Assembly (NCBI GenBank): GCA_977016875.1
Contig: CDRNST010000123.1
Location: forward strand, 806,001 to 870,000
Source of the DNA: Pavona decussata
Taxonomy: Eukaryota
Direction of reading: 5' to 3'
Length of the DNA: 64,000 nucleotides
Shown: in pieces, positions 1 to 13,000 of the stretch
Numbering within the stretch: position 1 is the stretch's first letter
Layout: every line of letters starts with the position of its first letter
Notes under the pieces: generated by a model
What the model was told of the DNA's origin: nothing
Databases searched by the model: none
The model's input: the letters and a program-made list of their open reading frames with translations, nothing else
Made by a program: the position numbers and the translations under genes

Positions 1-602
1 TTTTCAGAAAAGAAAGAAAGGAAGAAACGGAGAATCACAAGTTTTGTTCACCATACATAAATCCATGTTCACACTAAAGCCACTCACGCACACATTGATA
101 ATAAATTCCTTTATGTGAGGAGGGGATATAGTCCACCGTGTTTGAAAGAAATTCACTTTTACATTCTGCAGACTACTATAACTTTGTGCTTTATATTTCG
201 CTTAACCTTGGCTCTCAATCCATGTAGTTTTATAAGTTTCTTATTTCTTCTATAGACCAGCATATAAACTTTTGCAATGATGAGAAAATTTAATCAATCA
301 AGTGAAGGGGTTTGTCTTGCATTGATAGGTGAACTTTTTCATTGGTATAAAGTTGGTGCCAATATAACTCAAAGTCCGACCAGAAACACTTTGAATATGG
401 ACAATAATGAATGAAATATCTTTAATGTTTCTGGCTCAGAGGATAGAATGTTCATGCATGTAAGTCATTCAACCACTTTGAGATAGAATCTAATTATACT
501 GAATTGGAGCGTTAAAATTTCTTTAGGTTTTCTTTGAACCATAGAGATTTTAGGCGTCGAGGGTCTCCAAAATGTTGATACCTCTAACACAACAGGAATT
601 TT

Positions 603-947
603 ACAATAACTGTCCAAATTCCCGCGCGCTGATTGGCTCGTAGCTATTGTCTATAAGAGTACGGACAATAAAAATGACGTCAGATGTAACGCGCGCGCTT
701 TCTCAGCGAAAAAAAATAGCCACTTCCGCTCGTACTTTTTCCATGTTATTGTAAAAAACAAATCGGTGGCAGTTTTCTATGGTCTATACTCTTATAGACC
801 ATAAAATGACGCCATAAAATGTCCAAAACTTGGCAGTGAAACCACTCGCCTGCGGCTCGTGGTTCTACTTGAGTTTTGAACATTTTATGACGTCATTTTA
901 TGGTCTATAAGAGTATAGACCATAGAAAACTGCCATCGATTTGTTAA
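603..947. repeat. Non-autonomous repeat with long internal hairpin (arms ~757-830 / ~872-945)
   Basis: AACAAATCGGTGGCAGTTTTCTATGGTCTATACTCTTATAGACCATAAAATGACG... is the near-perfect reverse complement of 872-945. Confidence 0.7.
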
Positions 948-1716
948 ATGAACAATTGAAAATCGGTGTTTTTCTCAAGTTCTGAAAATTCTATGAGAGT
1001 TCTCTTTGAAAATTTCCCCACCTTTCGCTTCTGGAGGCCTGAAATCGAGTTTCTACGATAACTTTGCGTGTTGCTGATCAACCCCTTTTTCCGTTGAGGG
1101 GATACTCCCTTATTTGGCCTTCATGGGGACGTACCGCCGGACATTGTACAGTTTTTTCCCTCTGTTCTGAACAGAGTATACAATTTTATGCGAATCTCTC
1201 TTATACAGTGTCTGATCCGGTCGGATCCTGTCCTAAGCACGGTGAAGTTGCACGATTGACGTCGTAAGATGTTGTTTTTCAGTATAATGCAATCATACTG
1301 AAATCAAACGTGTTGTCCTACACAGGGAAGGTATTTTGGGATTTTTTTTTTGTTCTATTAAAACAGGGTCACGGTTTGAACCCCCCAGAGGCACCTCTAT
1401 ACCCAAACATGGGTCAAGTCTTCCACTGGCCAACGAATTGTGCACAAGGGTGGGAGCTTTTCAACTGAATCAGGTCTATGACACTGGGGATGGTCCCGCG
1501 TTGTTTGAACTAATCAAGTTAGAAGTGTAATTAGATGACCTTCTAGTTCCGTAAAGTTGCTATGAAATCTGCTTACCACGGTGCGTGATGGCAGAAAATT
1601 AGAATTATTTTTCCTTTTTTAAATTTTGCATTAATTAGAAAACTCAACGTAGAATTTTTTCAGATCAGTAAACTAGAACTTGTGCTAGCCTTTTGTTAAA
1701 CTGATATCTACCTGCT

Positions 1717-1717
<1 letters not shown>

Positions 1718-1750
<33 letters not shown>
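1718..1750. repeat. (GTT)n microsatellite
   Basis: visible tandem GTT. Confidence 0.95.
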
Positions 1751-3289
1751 ATGTTTTGTTTTTGTAGAATTTTGCAGAGCTTAAATATCGTTTTGTCCAA
1801 TAGAATTCTAGAAATGTTTCTTATGTTCTTTAATTTCACTTATGATGTAATCCTGCGACTTGATCCATCTTAGTCATAAATAATGATGCGTTGTGAAGTG
1901 TTATTTGGCTACATATTAAAGTTTACGCTGGAACCAAGTGCCGTCTGTTCTATTCGTCTCGGAGATTTTATTTGCCGGTTGTAGCAGATCTCAGCTGCTC
2001 TCCGCAGCCGAGGAGGGCTTTCCCCCCAGATTTAGAAATGGAATAATAAGACATCGCGTCTTAGCTAGCCCGGCCATGGGCACTACCTCAACAGGTAGTA
2101 CTCAGGCATCGACTGGTCCTTGACACGGGCGTTGGTCCAGCGCTTTTTCCCCATGCCTCCCTGAAATACAATAAATAAAATGGCAGGCGACAAATGGATG
2201 AATGAGGAAACAATTGCTCCGTGGGCACCAAGGTCTGAACAACATCCTTTTCATTGTCCTCACCGGCTCCTAGTCTGAACAGGGCCTTAGTGATTTAAGC
2301 CAAGCTGGTGGTCTGGACAATGTGTCTATAAAAATGTTGGTCAAATCGCCCCAAAGGCAAATTACCCTGAATATCCAGCCCCCTAACAATAACAGTGCTC
2401 GAAATTAGTGGTTGTCCGGCCATCCAAGACAACTAAAATGTTTATCGGGCAACCAATTTTTCAGTTAAATGTAAGGGTTAGTCGTCCAAGAAGAAACCTC
2501 TTCATACGGACAACCAAGATATATCGATCAAACATAGCTAAACATCAACAACCATATGCACAGTAGTGAGTACTTACTTTTCGATTATATCCGACAGAAC
2601 AAATATTCGCTTGGTTGGAAGAATTTTAGACCTTTACCTACACATGTAGCTTAAGGCTTTTGTCTTCTTTTATCTCAGTTTCCTTCTTGAACGAAAGTAA
2701 CTTCTTAAACTTAAGGGGCGGACCATTAAAAATCACGGGGGGGATAAAAATTTTTTAGTGGGCGAATTTTGTTTTTTAAGTCCGATTTGTCTGCATGTAT
2801 TAGTTTTTTCGACGTGGAAGCTCTGCACGATTTTTTTTTCGACAGAACTTCTTTTGATATTAAAGGCATGCAAAGCTTCGCACAGTTGAATTACAGTACC
2901 GCTCAAGCCGGTGACAGTCTCTTTGGAGTCTCGATTTTCGCGAAATTCGAGTATCGCGATTACTAGAAAGAAATAAGCTACTAAAGGTATCGCACCTCAT
3001 TCGTCTTGACCATTACACGATTACAAGATGACAATTAGTGTTTTCTGTCGGAATATGTTGTTTTTTTAGCGCGTTCGTGTTTAAAGTGCCAGTGGGGTCC
3101 AGCATTACGGCTTCACAAATACTTTAATTTAACCATAACAAGGCACGTGCCCGACAACGCGCATGGCTAAGCAATATCAACAGTACTTTCATCGTCTGTA
3201 CTGAATGTTTAGATAACTGAAAATATTTGTCGTTATGGATCTTTATACATACCCCACCCCCCCCCCCCCATCCCTCCCCTTGATCCTTC

Positions 3290-3760
3290 TGCATCAAGTT
3301 GACATCTCCCCATTTCTTGATGTCATGGTCTCCTTCAAAGATGGCTTCATAGAAACTGAACTGTACACTAAACCTACATGCAAACACCAGTATTTTTTTA
3401 TTCTTTCCTGTCATCGTACTCACAAAACCCACATAATTTTGCTCTTCGCTTCCCCCTTCCCCGGCGTCCCGTCATTGCCTTCGCCGGCAACTGCTTTAAC
3501 AATAACACTTAAGAAAAAGGGAATCGCGTGAACTTATGGATTACCTCGCTAATCTGGGTTGTGTCTTATAATTCTTAAAACGCAAATACATCGAGATTCT
3601 GACATTTCTTGCAACAGCGCACTTAAAAGCAAACTTAAGAAAAAGACTGCGACTGTCCCTTTCGATATTATACAGAATCCCGGTCTGGTTAACATCTCTC
3701 ACATGCCTTACAAACATTCCACTCTACATTACTCGTCTGACCGTTGTAAAATCTCTTTTC
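3290..3760 (+). mobile_element. Degenerate Penelope-like RT C-terminal fragment
   Basis: ISPFLDVMVSFKDGFIETELYTKPTCKHQY..LSCH resembles the PLE FLD...T..Y.KPT....YL...S.HP motif; frameshifted. Confidence 0.6.
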
Positions 3761-4649
3761 AGTAATGTCCACTTAGGTAAGGAGTAATCCCTTGGTGAAG
3801 GACGCGCGAGTGCACGCGGAAATCGCTTACTGCGAGAAGAGGCGACGCGCAGTAGGAAGGCATTTGTGTTAACCCGTACTAAACAGCAAATTTCAATTAA
3901 AAAAAGAAAGGCAATCAGGCTTGTCTGACCGTTCTCAACGCCATCAGAATAACTTGCGTTTTACTTGAGGGCAGAGCCGAACGACACTTTAGAGGATATA
4001 AATAAAACGCTTGAAAACAAGAAAAAAAAAATGATCACAACGCGCTCAGAAGGTTTTTTTTTTGTAATATACAATAAAAATTTCTCCTCGGCTCACATAA
4101 TTGTTTTAAGTTATGATCAATTCAGGAGACTGCCGCTTATTGGAGCAGATAATTTCCTGGAACAATTGTCCGTGCACATTCTTGCACCAAATTGATCGTG
4201 CATGTTTGTTTATATAAGTTTAAAAGGTCATTAAAATAACAGCTACATCCCTACTACAGTCTAGGTCTGCTTACAGAGCTATCTCAACTATTTTATATTT
4301 TAGAAACCTAAAAACTCAATGCAAGTAACAGATGATGATTTATTTTGTTCGGAACGAACTCTAGGTTTTCTGAAACAATAAGTTAAACTTAATGCCTTTG
4401 GCTATGGACTGCTATGGACTGCGTGGAAGTCCAACTTGGAAAAGCTGGACCAATGATTTGAAGCTCTTCTCATGTGTCTTGGAAAATCGCTCAAATTGGT
4501 TACGGTTTTTGTGTAATGGTTTCTTTACTTTGTAAATATTATTTCCTATATTTTTCTCGGGTTCTGAGAGCATTGCGTGTACGAAAATTAGTGTATTGTT
4601 TTTGTTTCAACACAGGTTTGACCCAAACCCTGCGACTTCGCCCCTTTTA

Positions 4650-5153
4650 ATGGCTGGCAAAAATCCACCATAGAATTGCAGATTCAGTCTAGCGTAGAGG
4701 GCCACGTAATAAGCGTTAAATCATATCTGTCAATATCGTGTGTTACTGCTATTATTAGTTTCCACGACTTAACGTGAGTTACCCACTAAAGGTTATTCCA
4801 TCCTTTGACCCACTTCCAGTCATAATTTTCATAAATTAGCTACGTCACTTGGCCAAATGACGTTGTTGATCAAATTCTATGTTCTCAGGACTGGTGCGAA
4901 TTTGATCACTTTCTGACCTTCTGAATTGTCAAATTTGTCGCTTCTTTTCCTAGTTACTTCCACCTTGATTAAAATTTAGATTCCCTCAAACTTCCACCCG
5001 GAAAGAAAGAATGAGAATATTAACCTTGGTCAGTTTAAGGGATGGGCCGCTAATAAGGAGAATTCAACGTGAATTTCGGCCAGTGGTATCAAGGATACCG
5101 GAGGAAGACAGGTGGAGACCTTGATAAAGCAGTTCGATTGTCCTCTTTCAAGA
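4650..5153 (+). promoter_or_regulatory. Putative proximal promoter/5'UTR of gene A
   Basis: Blocks shared with the region upstream of gene B: CTGGCAAAAATCCACCATAGAA, TTTCCTAGTTACTTCC, ACCCGGAAAGAA.GAATGAGAATATTAA, CAGTTTAAG..ATGGGCC. Confidence 0.55.
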
Positions 5154-5226
5154 ATGAGGTTGTCCACAGATTTTCAGCTGTTAGCTACGCTTTTGATTTT
5201 GTGCACACTTTCCTGTTTGGTTGAAG
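5154..5226 (+). CDS. Gene A exon 1, signal peptide
   Basis: [24 protein letters not shown](G), hydrophobic core, phase-1 donor GTAAG; same 73-nt length in B. Confidence 0.85.
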
Positions 5227-7015
5227 GTAAGGCCGGTGCAGTAATTTCTTAGTAACCGAACTTTGTTTCGTTTAAAATGTTCAGATACTTTGAGATAGCT
5301 CAAAATCGAAGGAAGATAGATAAGAGCAAATCACACACCACATAACAATTTGAAAATAATTTAGCTGCAATGAGTTAAAATTTGTAAATAATGATAATAA
5401 CACCGCAGCTCGTCAGTTGCGTGTGGAGATATTTTACCAAAACACAGTAAATTTTGACTGATTTGGTTGAGGTTTCTTCCCTCTTTGGAAGGACAAGTGC
5501 GCAAACCTATTACGGACACTGTCAGCAGATAGCGTACAATTTGTTTTTGGTGGAATTTCTTGCTATTATTTAATTTTAATTCGAATACACCTTAAACTAA
5601 TGTATTTTATATGTCGTAACACTTTCCTCCCCTCCCATAGGCGCCCAAAATTAAAATTCAAGAAAAATTGACTACACTACAGCTGAATAGTTTGTATTCC
5701 AATGGCCTCTCACCCAGAAATTTCCACAAACCGGGAAAGTTAGCAGCGCAATACATACAGGGTTTCAACCTGGAATCAAAATTGTTCGCAGGATAAAGCA
5801 AAATCATAAGTTACTTGGAAACTTAAACGTTGCCTTTGAGTTGTTCCTTTTTGACTGTTTCTTATACAATTTTCCCTCAGGGCAAAATCTCTTCCAGCAA
5901 GGAAAGGTCAACTTCTCCGTGTCATATTCTGACTTGGTCCATTGCAAAACCGTGCAATACCCTCAGGTATTTTCCAGCTCGGGCAATATTCGTGTTCTTG
6001 CATCCATCAGCCATGAAAATGAGCCTCCCAGTGTTCATGATTCAGCAGTAGCGTGGACCGCCGAAGTGACGCAGAATAATTTCCGCGTCTGTGTGTTGGA
6101 ATCAGGCCTTGGTACAAATGGATCTGTTGTTGTGAATTGGGTTGCGTTTCGCGGCACGCCTTCTGGAGCACTTGACGGCACCGCCTCCTTCAATGCATTC
6201 ACCAGCGGAACACAGTGTGAAAGGGTTGACTTTGCACAGGTATGTAGCTGCTTTTTTATAAGTTTTATAAGCTCGTATTTTATAAGTTTAGACAATTGAA
6301 GTTACTTAGTATTCGTTAAACACAAAGGAAGTAGCACATTGAATTTAGGAGGTTCTCCTTGAATTTGGTGTTACTTATAACCAAAACATCATTCCCTCTG
6401 CATGCGTTTGCCTGTGCCATCCAGTTTACGTGTTAGCGCGGTATATTTTGTCACTCAAAGATGAAAAGTGGGTTGCTTCACTTTGTAATTAAAGCGTCTA
6501 ACCTACCTATCCTAAGCCAGACCCATAAAAACCAAGGGTCACTTATTAAAAAAAAAGTTTAGACGGTGTTTAACAACACCATGTTTTAAGCCATTTTCAA
6601 TGTTGCCAACATTCATATCCAAGCTTGCTTCCCAGACTAGAAAACTATTTATCCACTTAAAATAAACCACTTATAAACAGATTTGGAGGGCCACTGATTG
6701 CCTTAAGCCGCGGCCAAAGTTAGACTCTGCTTAAATAACTGGCCCCAAGTGATTAGTAGTATTACTACTCCCCTCTGGAGAGAACTTCAATCCACCGCAG
6801 GGTATCTCCGAACGGAGAAGGCAGGTATTAATGACGGGAGGTTTGGCTTTGAGATTAATTTTTGCCGAGCAACTGCTGACTCTTTTGGGTTTGAAATTTT
6901 CTTTCGGAACCTTTCTGGGAAGTAGTGATTTTGGCAGTTTGACTCTTTAAAGGCTTTTATGTGGAGAACAATCGACTTTTTTGGATTACACACACCAGTT
7001 TAACCAAATAGATCA

Positions 7016-7071
<56 letters not shown>

Positions 7072-10000
7072 ATATTATTTCATCGAGTGATTTGTCCTCA
7101 TTCATACCTCCTCGTCATTAATATACCCGAGTATGTGGAGAACAATCGTTTTTTTTTTTTTAATTACCTTCTGGCACACACCAGTTTGACCAAATAGATT
7201 ATTGTTATTGTTAAATATTATTTCATCGAGTGATTTGTCCTCATTCGCACCTCCTCGTCATTAATAGACCCGAGTGCCCCCGCCCCCACCCCCCACTCCC
7301 TGGGGATAAACTCAAGAACTTTGTTAAATTTCGCTAACGGCTCTCATCTAAATTTAAACCTGGCTGGTCTGAGAGAAAGTGGAGTACGTACCATGAGTTT
7401 GTGGTGTAAATCATCAGCACAAGACGTCTTAAACACTGAGACAACGCGTCTTCACAAAATAATGCCCTCGTATTTTCTTAAAAGCTATAATTTTCCCTTG
7501 ATGTAATATTTGATGACTTCTGCCCCTTCTCCTCAGACAAGCAATACTTGACCTGTTCTTTATTCTTGCCGGGAGTTATACATCATTTGCATACCGAAAA
7601 GTGAGGATTATCGTAATTGTTTTAGGTATTAGTTGGCTTGAAAAACAGTTTTTACTTAAGCTTATTATTGAGCTAAAAGTCGTTTTCATCTTAAATGATC
7701 TGTTCTTTTCATGAGGGTTTGCACGTCTCTTTATGAAGGTTAGCAGGGGGGAGGGGGAATTGGGGATTGACCGGAAATTAGGGGGGGGGGGAGGGGGTGA
7801 AAAAGACGAGAGGAGAAAAACAACTGAACGATTTTGAAAGAAGTCTTTGGAAAAGCTAATCAAGTGCTTCTTATTCGTTAGATAATTTCTACTTTATTAT
7901 CGATGAAAAGGATGTAAATACAGTTTCATTTCCTGGAGCGCCATTTCTGTTCATAGCAATGGCAGTTAGAATATGAGGGTCGGGAAGTAAAGGATGGGAA
8001 TCGGGAAGAGTTGTGATTTCAATTCTTACTTAGCTTTTTGCAGCCCCTGAAAAAGGTTAGTATTATCTAACCGAAATATTGGGAAATAAAATTATTTCGG
8101 CTGTCCGATCAGCCTTGCATTTAATTTTACGTTTTATTCAACATTGCAGACCCTGATCTACACAAAGATCCGGCTACACTTTGCTACTGTTTGTACAAGT
8201 GGTTCCTGCACTATTCAAGAAATACCTTATGTGATTTCTTGTCCGACCTTAAAAGTATTAAACACTTTTCGTGACAAGATATCCTTTTTTATTGCCTAAG
8301 AAGGTCAAAGGTTTAAATAAAGCAGTCCATACTCTCTGTAACCCCTTACCAAATGTAAACAATTCTATTTTTTGCTTCACAGCGATTTCCTTCTGTCCCC
8401 AAAGTACTTGCCACCGTACGTCACGCTGGCAGCACCAGACCACAGGACGCCATGAATTTGTGGATAGAAGAATTACGAGAAGATCATTTCCGAATCTGTA
8501 TCCGAGAAGTGAAAACATTTGACGGTAAACATCAGAATCTGCAAGTGGTAAGTTTTTTATTTATGCTAACGCGCACGTGACGCCTACCTCAAACCGCACG
8601 TGACCTCTTTATACACACTTGTATATTGCCAGATTTTCGCATATTTTAATTCGGTGTTTGAGCTAAATTTATCATATCCTTCAGGAGAAAACGGTAGAGA
8701 TTTTGTTCAAATACCCTCGAGTTTACACCCGTTTCTGATCAGTCACGAAACAGTCGTATGACAGATACAAAACATTGGACAGCCAAAACAACACTGAAGC
8801 CAAGGCTAAAACAGTGGAAGTTGAGGATCTGTGATGGACATCTGGATCGGCATAAAATCTTCAATGAATTTAAAGATTTACTGCAAACTGCGGCGAAGGA
8901 AAGATAAACGCAAGAAGAATACAATCCAAATTGCTTTTTTAACAAGTGGATTGATTCACAGAACTGAAAAGAATCTGAAAAGAATTGCTGTTGCTGGAGG
9001 TGCTGATTAGTACTGTGGCCGAAGTTCAAAATTTAGTGTCGATCCACTGCTGACGATGATTGAGGTGTCATGAAGTTGACACGAAAGACCATTTCACCAT
9101 TAGTCTGTTTGGTTAACATAAAAAAAAGAATTCTCCCTTGCTTTCCTTAGTATTTTCATCATCTTCTTTTTTTTTTTTTTTTTTTTTTAACGTAGGCAAC
9201 TTCAAACTAAACTACAAGGTCAAAAGGGAAGCATTAGATAGATTTTTTCCGTGTTTGTGATCTTTAGCAAGAGATTATCAGTACCTTGTAACTAAGTGAA
9301 CATTTTTTATTTTCTCTTTCAGGACTGGCTGGCTTTTTCACAGGGATTTGCTCAGTTGACTTTCCACGGAAAACTGCAGTTTGAAAATGGTGGGGCTCCC
9401 CTGGAACAGGACAACTTCGCCTTCTGTAAGGTAATGATCATTTGTTCTTGTTTTGTATTTGTTTTTACGAACTTTTGAAGGCGATAAAAAAAGCAAATCA
9501 GAGCAGGAAATGAATAAAGAAATAGTTTCTCCCCAACCAACTACCCAGCATAGAGATTCGAGTTAGCTCTCGGGCGCTGTTGTTATTTGGAGATATCAAA
9601 AGAGCGAGCTGATAACAGGATGGGGCGCTTATTTTCTGTTATGATCTCACACGTGGGAATGCCTGGACTGTAAACTGTAAAAATACCATGAACGTTCCAA
9701 AAAACTAAAGTATGACCTGTACAAGTAAAGCAAATCTCAGTTTAATCAGCTTCGCTCTTGAATTTTTCTTTGTGATAGGTACTTAATTTTACTGAGAAGT
9801 TTTATGCACCTCCTGTTGTCATGGTGACAGTCAATCACCTATACGATAGCAAGAACGTGTATTCTGTTAAGCCGGAAAACAACGTCCTTAACACCTGGAT
9901 CGAGGTAAGTTATAATCATTCCTAACAAGAAGATTTTCGGTCTACTTAGTACAAAAATAAAACCCTTGAGACAGTCACATGAATTTACAACCTTTAAATT

Positions 10001-13000
10001 ACATGTCAAACCCGGCGGTGTTTTATCAAGCTATTCACCTCGAGACCTTCCATTAGTTTCATGAAAAACACAAGCTATTCTCCTCGAGACCCTCCAAGTT
10101 TCAGGTAAAACAATTGTCTGCAACCTTGAAACCTTGCAGCAAGTTACTGCTTAGTGCATTGATCGCCATTTTACTTTTTTGAGTTCACTTCTGGTCTTAT
10201 CACAGGAAACAACCGTTTCTTACGTCCGCGTCTGCATAAAAGATTTGGCAGGAATGGAGAGCCAACATGATCCGGTCACAGTTGATTACGCAGTTATTGG
10301 AGGTAAATGGCAATATTGTATGACAGGTTTACTTTCTGATATTCTTTGAAGTCACCACGAGCTAAATGAGAACGCTTTCAATAAATGAAAAAAGCACATG
10401 TATGTATTACTTCATGTAAAAATGAAAATAACATATTGGAAATAACTTACTTTTAGAAATCCTGATTTTATTAATCCAGTCCTGTTACGAAACTTAACGA
10501 ACGGACAAAAATGTCGTTTGTGACATAAGGTCAGCCAGAACTTTCGGAAAGCCAACAGCAGCTCGGCTGGTAGATTTAGGGGATTTGGATCTGTTCGCTA
10601 AAATTTTGAGCCTGAGAATCTGATAAAATTAAACGGCGTTTATAATAATAATGTTGTAAAACAGAAAACAGCATCCGAAGTTTTTTTTGTTTGTTTGTTT
10701 AAAATTCCTTTACTGGGTGAGACAGTTGAGATGGATAAAATTTGAAAGTTCTTTGTATGCTGAAAATGACCCGGCTTTAGGTGAGGGGCCACAATCGCTT
10801 GGCTTCTAAGAAAACAACCACCAATCTATTCTAAAGTCTCGTTACATAACAGTGATTGAATAATTCATTTTAATATTGTTTCTTTCGTTTACTTATTCCT
10901 TATAAACCCTCTAAAGTTAGAGTACTTAATTGAGAAAAACAAAACATAAAATTCTTTGCATTTCATGTTGCAGAATTTGATCCGTGCATTAATGTCTCCT
11001 GTACGTACTTCGCCGTTTGTAAGGCATTTGGTCCCAAGGACGCACGCTGCATATGCGTGGATAATTGTCCGTCGTATGAAGAGCCTGTGTGTTCCTCTAA
11101 TGGTACCACATATGACAACGTGTGTGTGTTCCAGCGAGAAATGTGCCATCTGAGAGCAAACTTCACTATCTATCACCCGGGTGATTGTACAGGTAATGTC
11201 ACTGATTTCACTTCTTTTCCACAGCTGCAGATAAATTTTGAACAAACGTAAAGTGGACACTGACAGTTACACGAGATTCAAACAACACCGCAGTAACACC
11301 ACAACACATCATCTACAGTGTCCACGTCTGATAACAGTAGTCCCATTATAGGATTGAATTGACTTAGTGTTGTTGACTTTTTTGCAGGATTCCCTTCTCA
11401 AAAGGGCCGGCATCGCCTCCGCCACAATCCAGTTTGGGCTGAAGCAGTTTGTGAACAAGTTCCACTGGCTCCTTACGTCTTTTATCCTGACAAACCGGTT
11501 CACATACAGGTTTCTGTCAATCACGTGAACTTCTCAGATCCCGCATATGTCCACGAAGCAGTTGTTGCTTGGGTTGAAGAAATCATGGAAAACAATTTTA
11601 CAGTTTGTGTTACACAGGCTGGGAGAAACGAGAAGAGAAATGGAGAAACGTTTGCAACTGTTGACTGGCTTGCCTACCAGGGGGCCCCTGACGGGGGAGT
11701 GTCTGGTGAAATGGACATGCCGACTTGGTGGACTGGAACGAGCTGTCGTACTGTGTCACTTCCCTCGGTAAGAGGCAAATTGTTATTGTTTTTGTTTTTT
11801 TTTTTGAAACTGAGTTTTAAATTTTTGATCTGGTCCGGTGGTTAGAACACAAACCCTCGCACCAGCTTAGTCAGTGTACTGGAAGGTATATTGAACTAGA
11901 CATAACGGGGAAAAAGTGCGGTCAATTAAATAATATCTCTACCAAAAAATCAGAGAATTTCAAGATTTGAGTTTTAGTTAGGCAGAAGAAATTTTTATTT
12001 ACCGCTTTTATCTACATATAAACACTTATATTGCCGTTGAAAATTGGGCCTTTTTTGTTGTCCTTGATTACAGAGCAAGTTTAAGTCGACGCCCACAGTT
12101 CTAGTGTCAGCGGAGCATGAAAGGCGTGGTGTGAAGCACGATGCATCTTCTGTGTGGTTAGAAGATATCACGAGAACTTCTTTTAAGATCTGTGTCAGAG
12201 AATTACAGAACTTTGATGGAGTTCACCAAAGTATTTTCGTTGTAAGTGGTTTTAGTTGTTACTCGTCTTATGATTTCCTCAAGTTCAAACTTCGCGCCAA
12301 AACTCAACCGAGGCCCGTTGTATGAAAAACTGCATCCAATTTATACCTCTATGTTAGACGGTACGGAAAAAGACTGGATGAATGGAAAACAATTGTTCTT
12401 GGAGTTTTTCTTGAAGCATGCTCTTATTGTTTTCGATCGGTATATTTCATTTTATCACAAATGGAAATATGCTGCTTTCGATTTATAGAGTCTTGCACCG
12501 GGTATTCTTATAGGAAGATCACCATAGCTATTTCTTCTCTCTTAAACATTAACCTCTTGGACGGTTGACAAGTGACAACGTGATAACAAACAATGGCTTC
12601 TTTGCAGGATTGGATAGCCTTTGAAGAGCTTCATCGACCTCTGTTTAGAGAGCATGGGGCTATATACTTCTCCAATTCAAACAAGCCATCCCGACATTTC
12701 AACAATGCTTTTTGTGAGGTAGGTAGGCCAGTATTGCACTTACGTTTACAACCTCTGACGGTCTTTAAACGGTTACAACTCCTTTTATAGATGACCACCG
12801 GCACGTCTGATCGCGAACATATGCACTTATACATTCACGCTTGTAGTCGTGCCTACATTTGCGCATGCACCCTAACCCACTCACACAAACAAACTTACGT
12901 ATGTTCACACTCGCTTTTTCGTTCATTTTTTATTTGCTCTTTTACTCACTTTCTATCAGATGCACTCCTGAAACTTTTAATTTAATCAACCCTTCATCTC

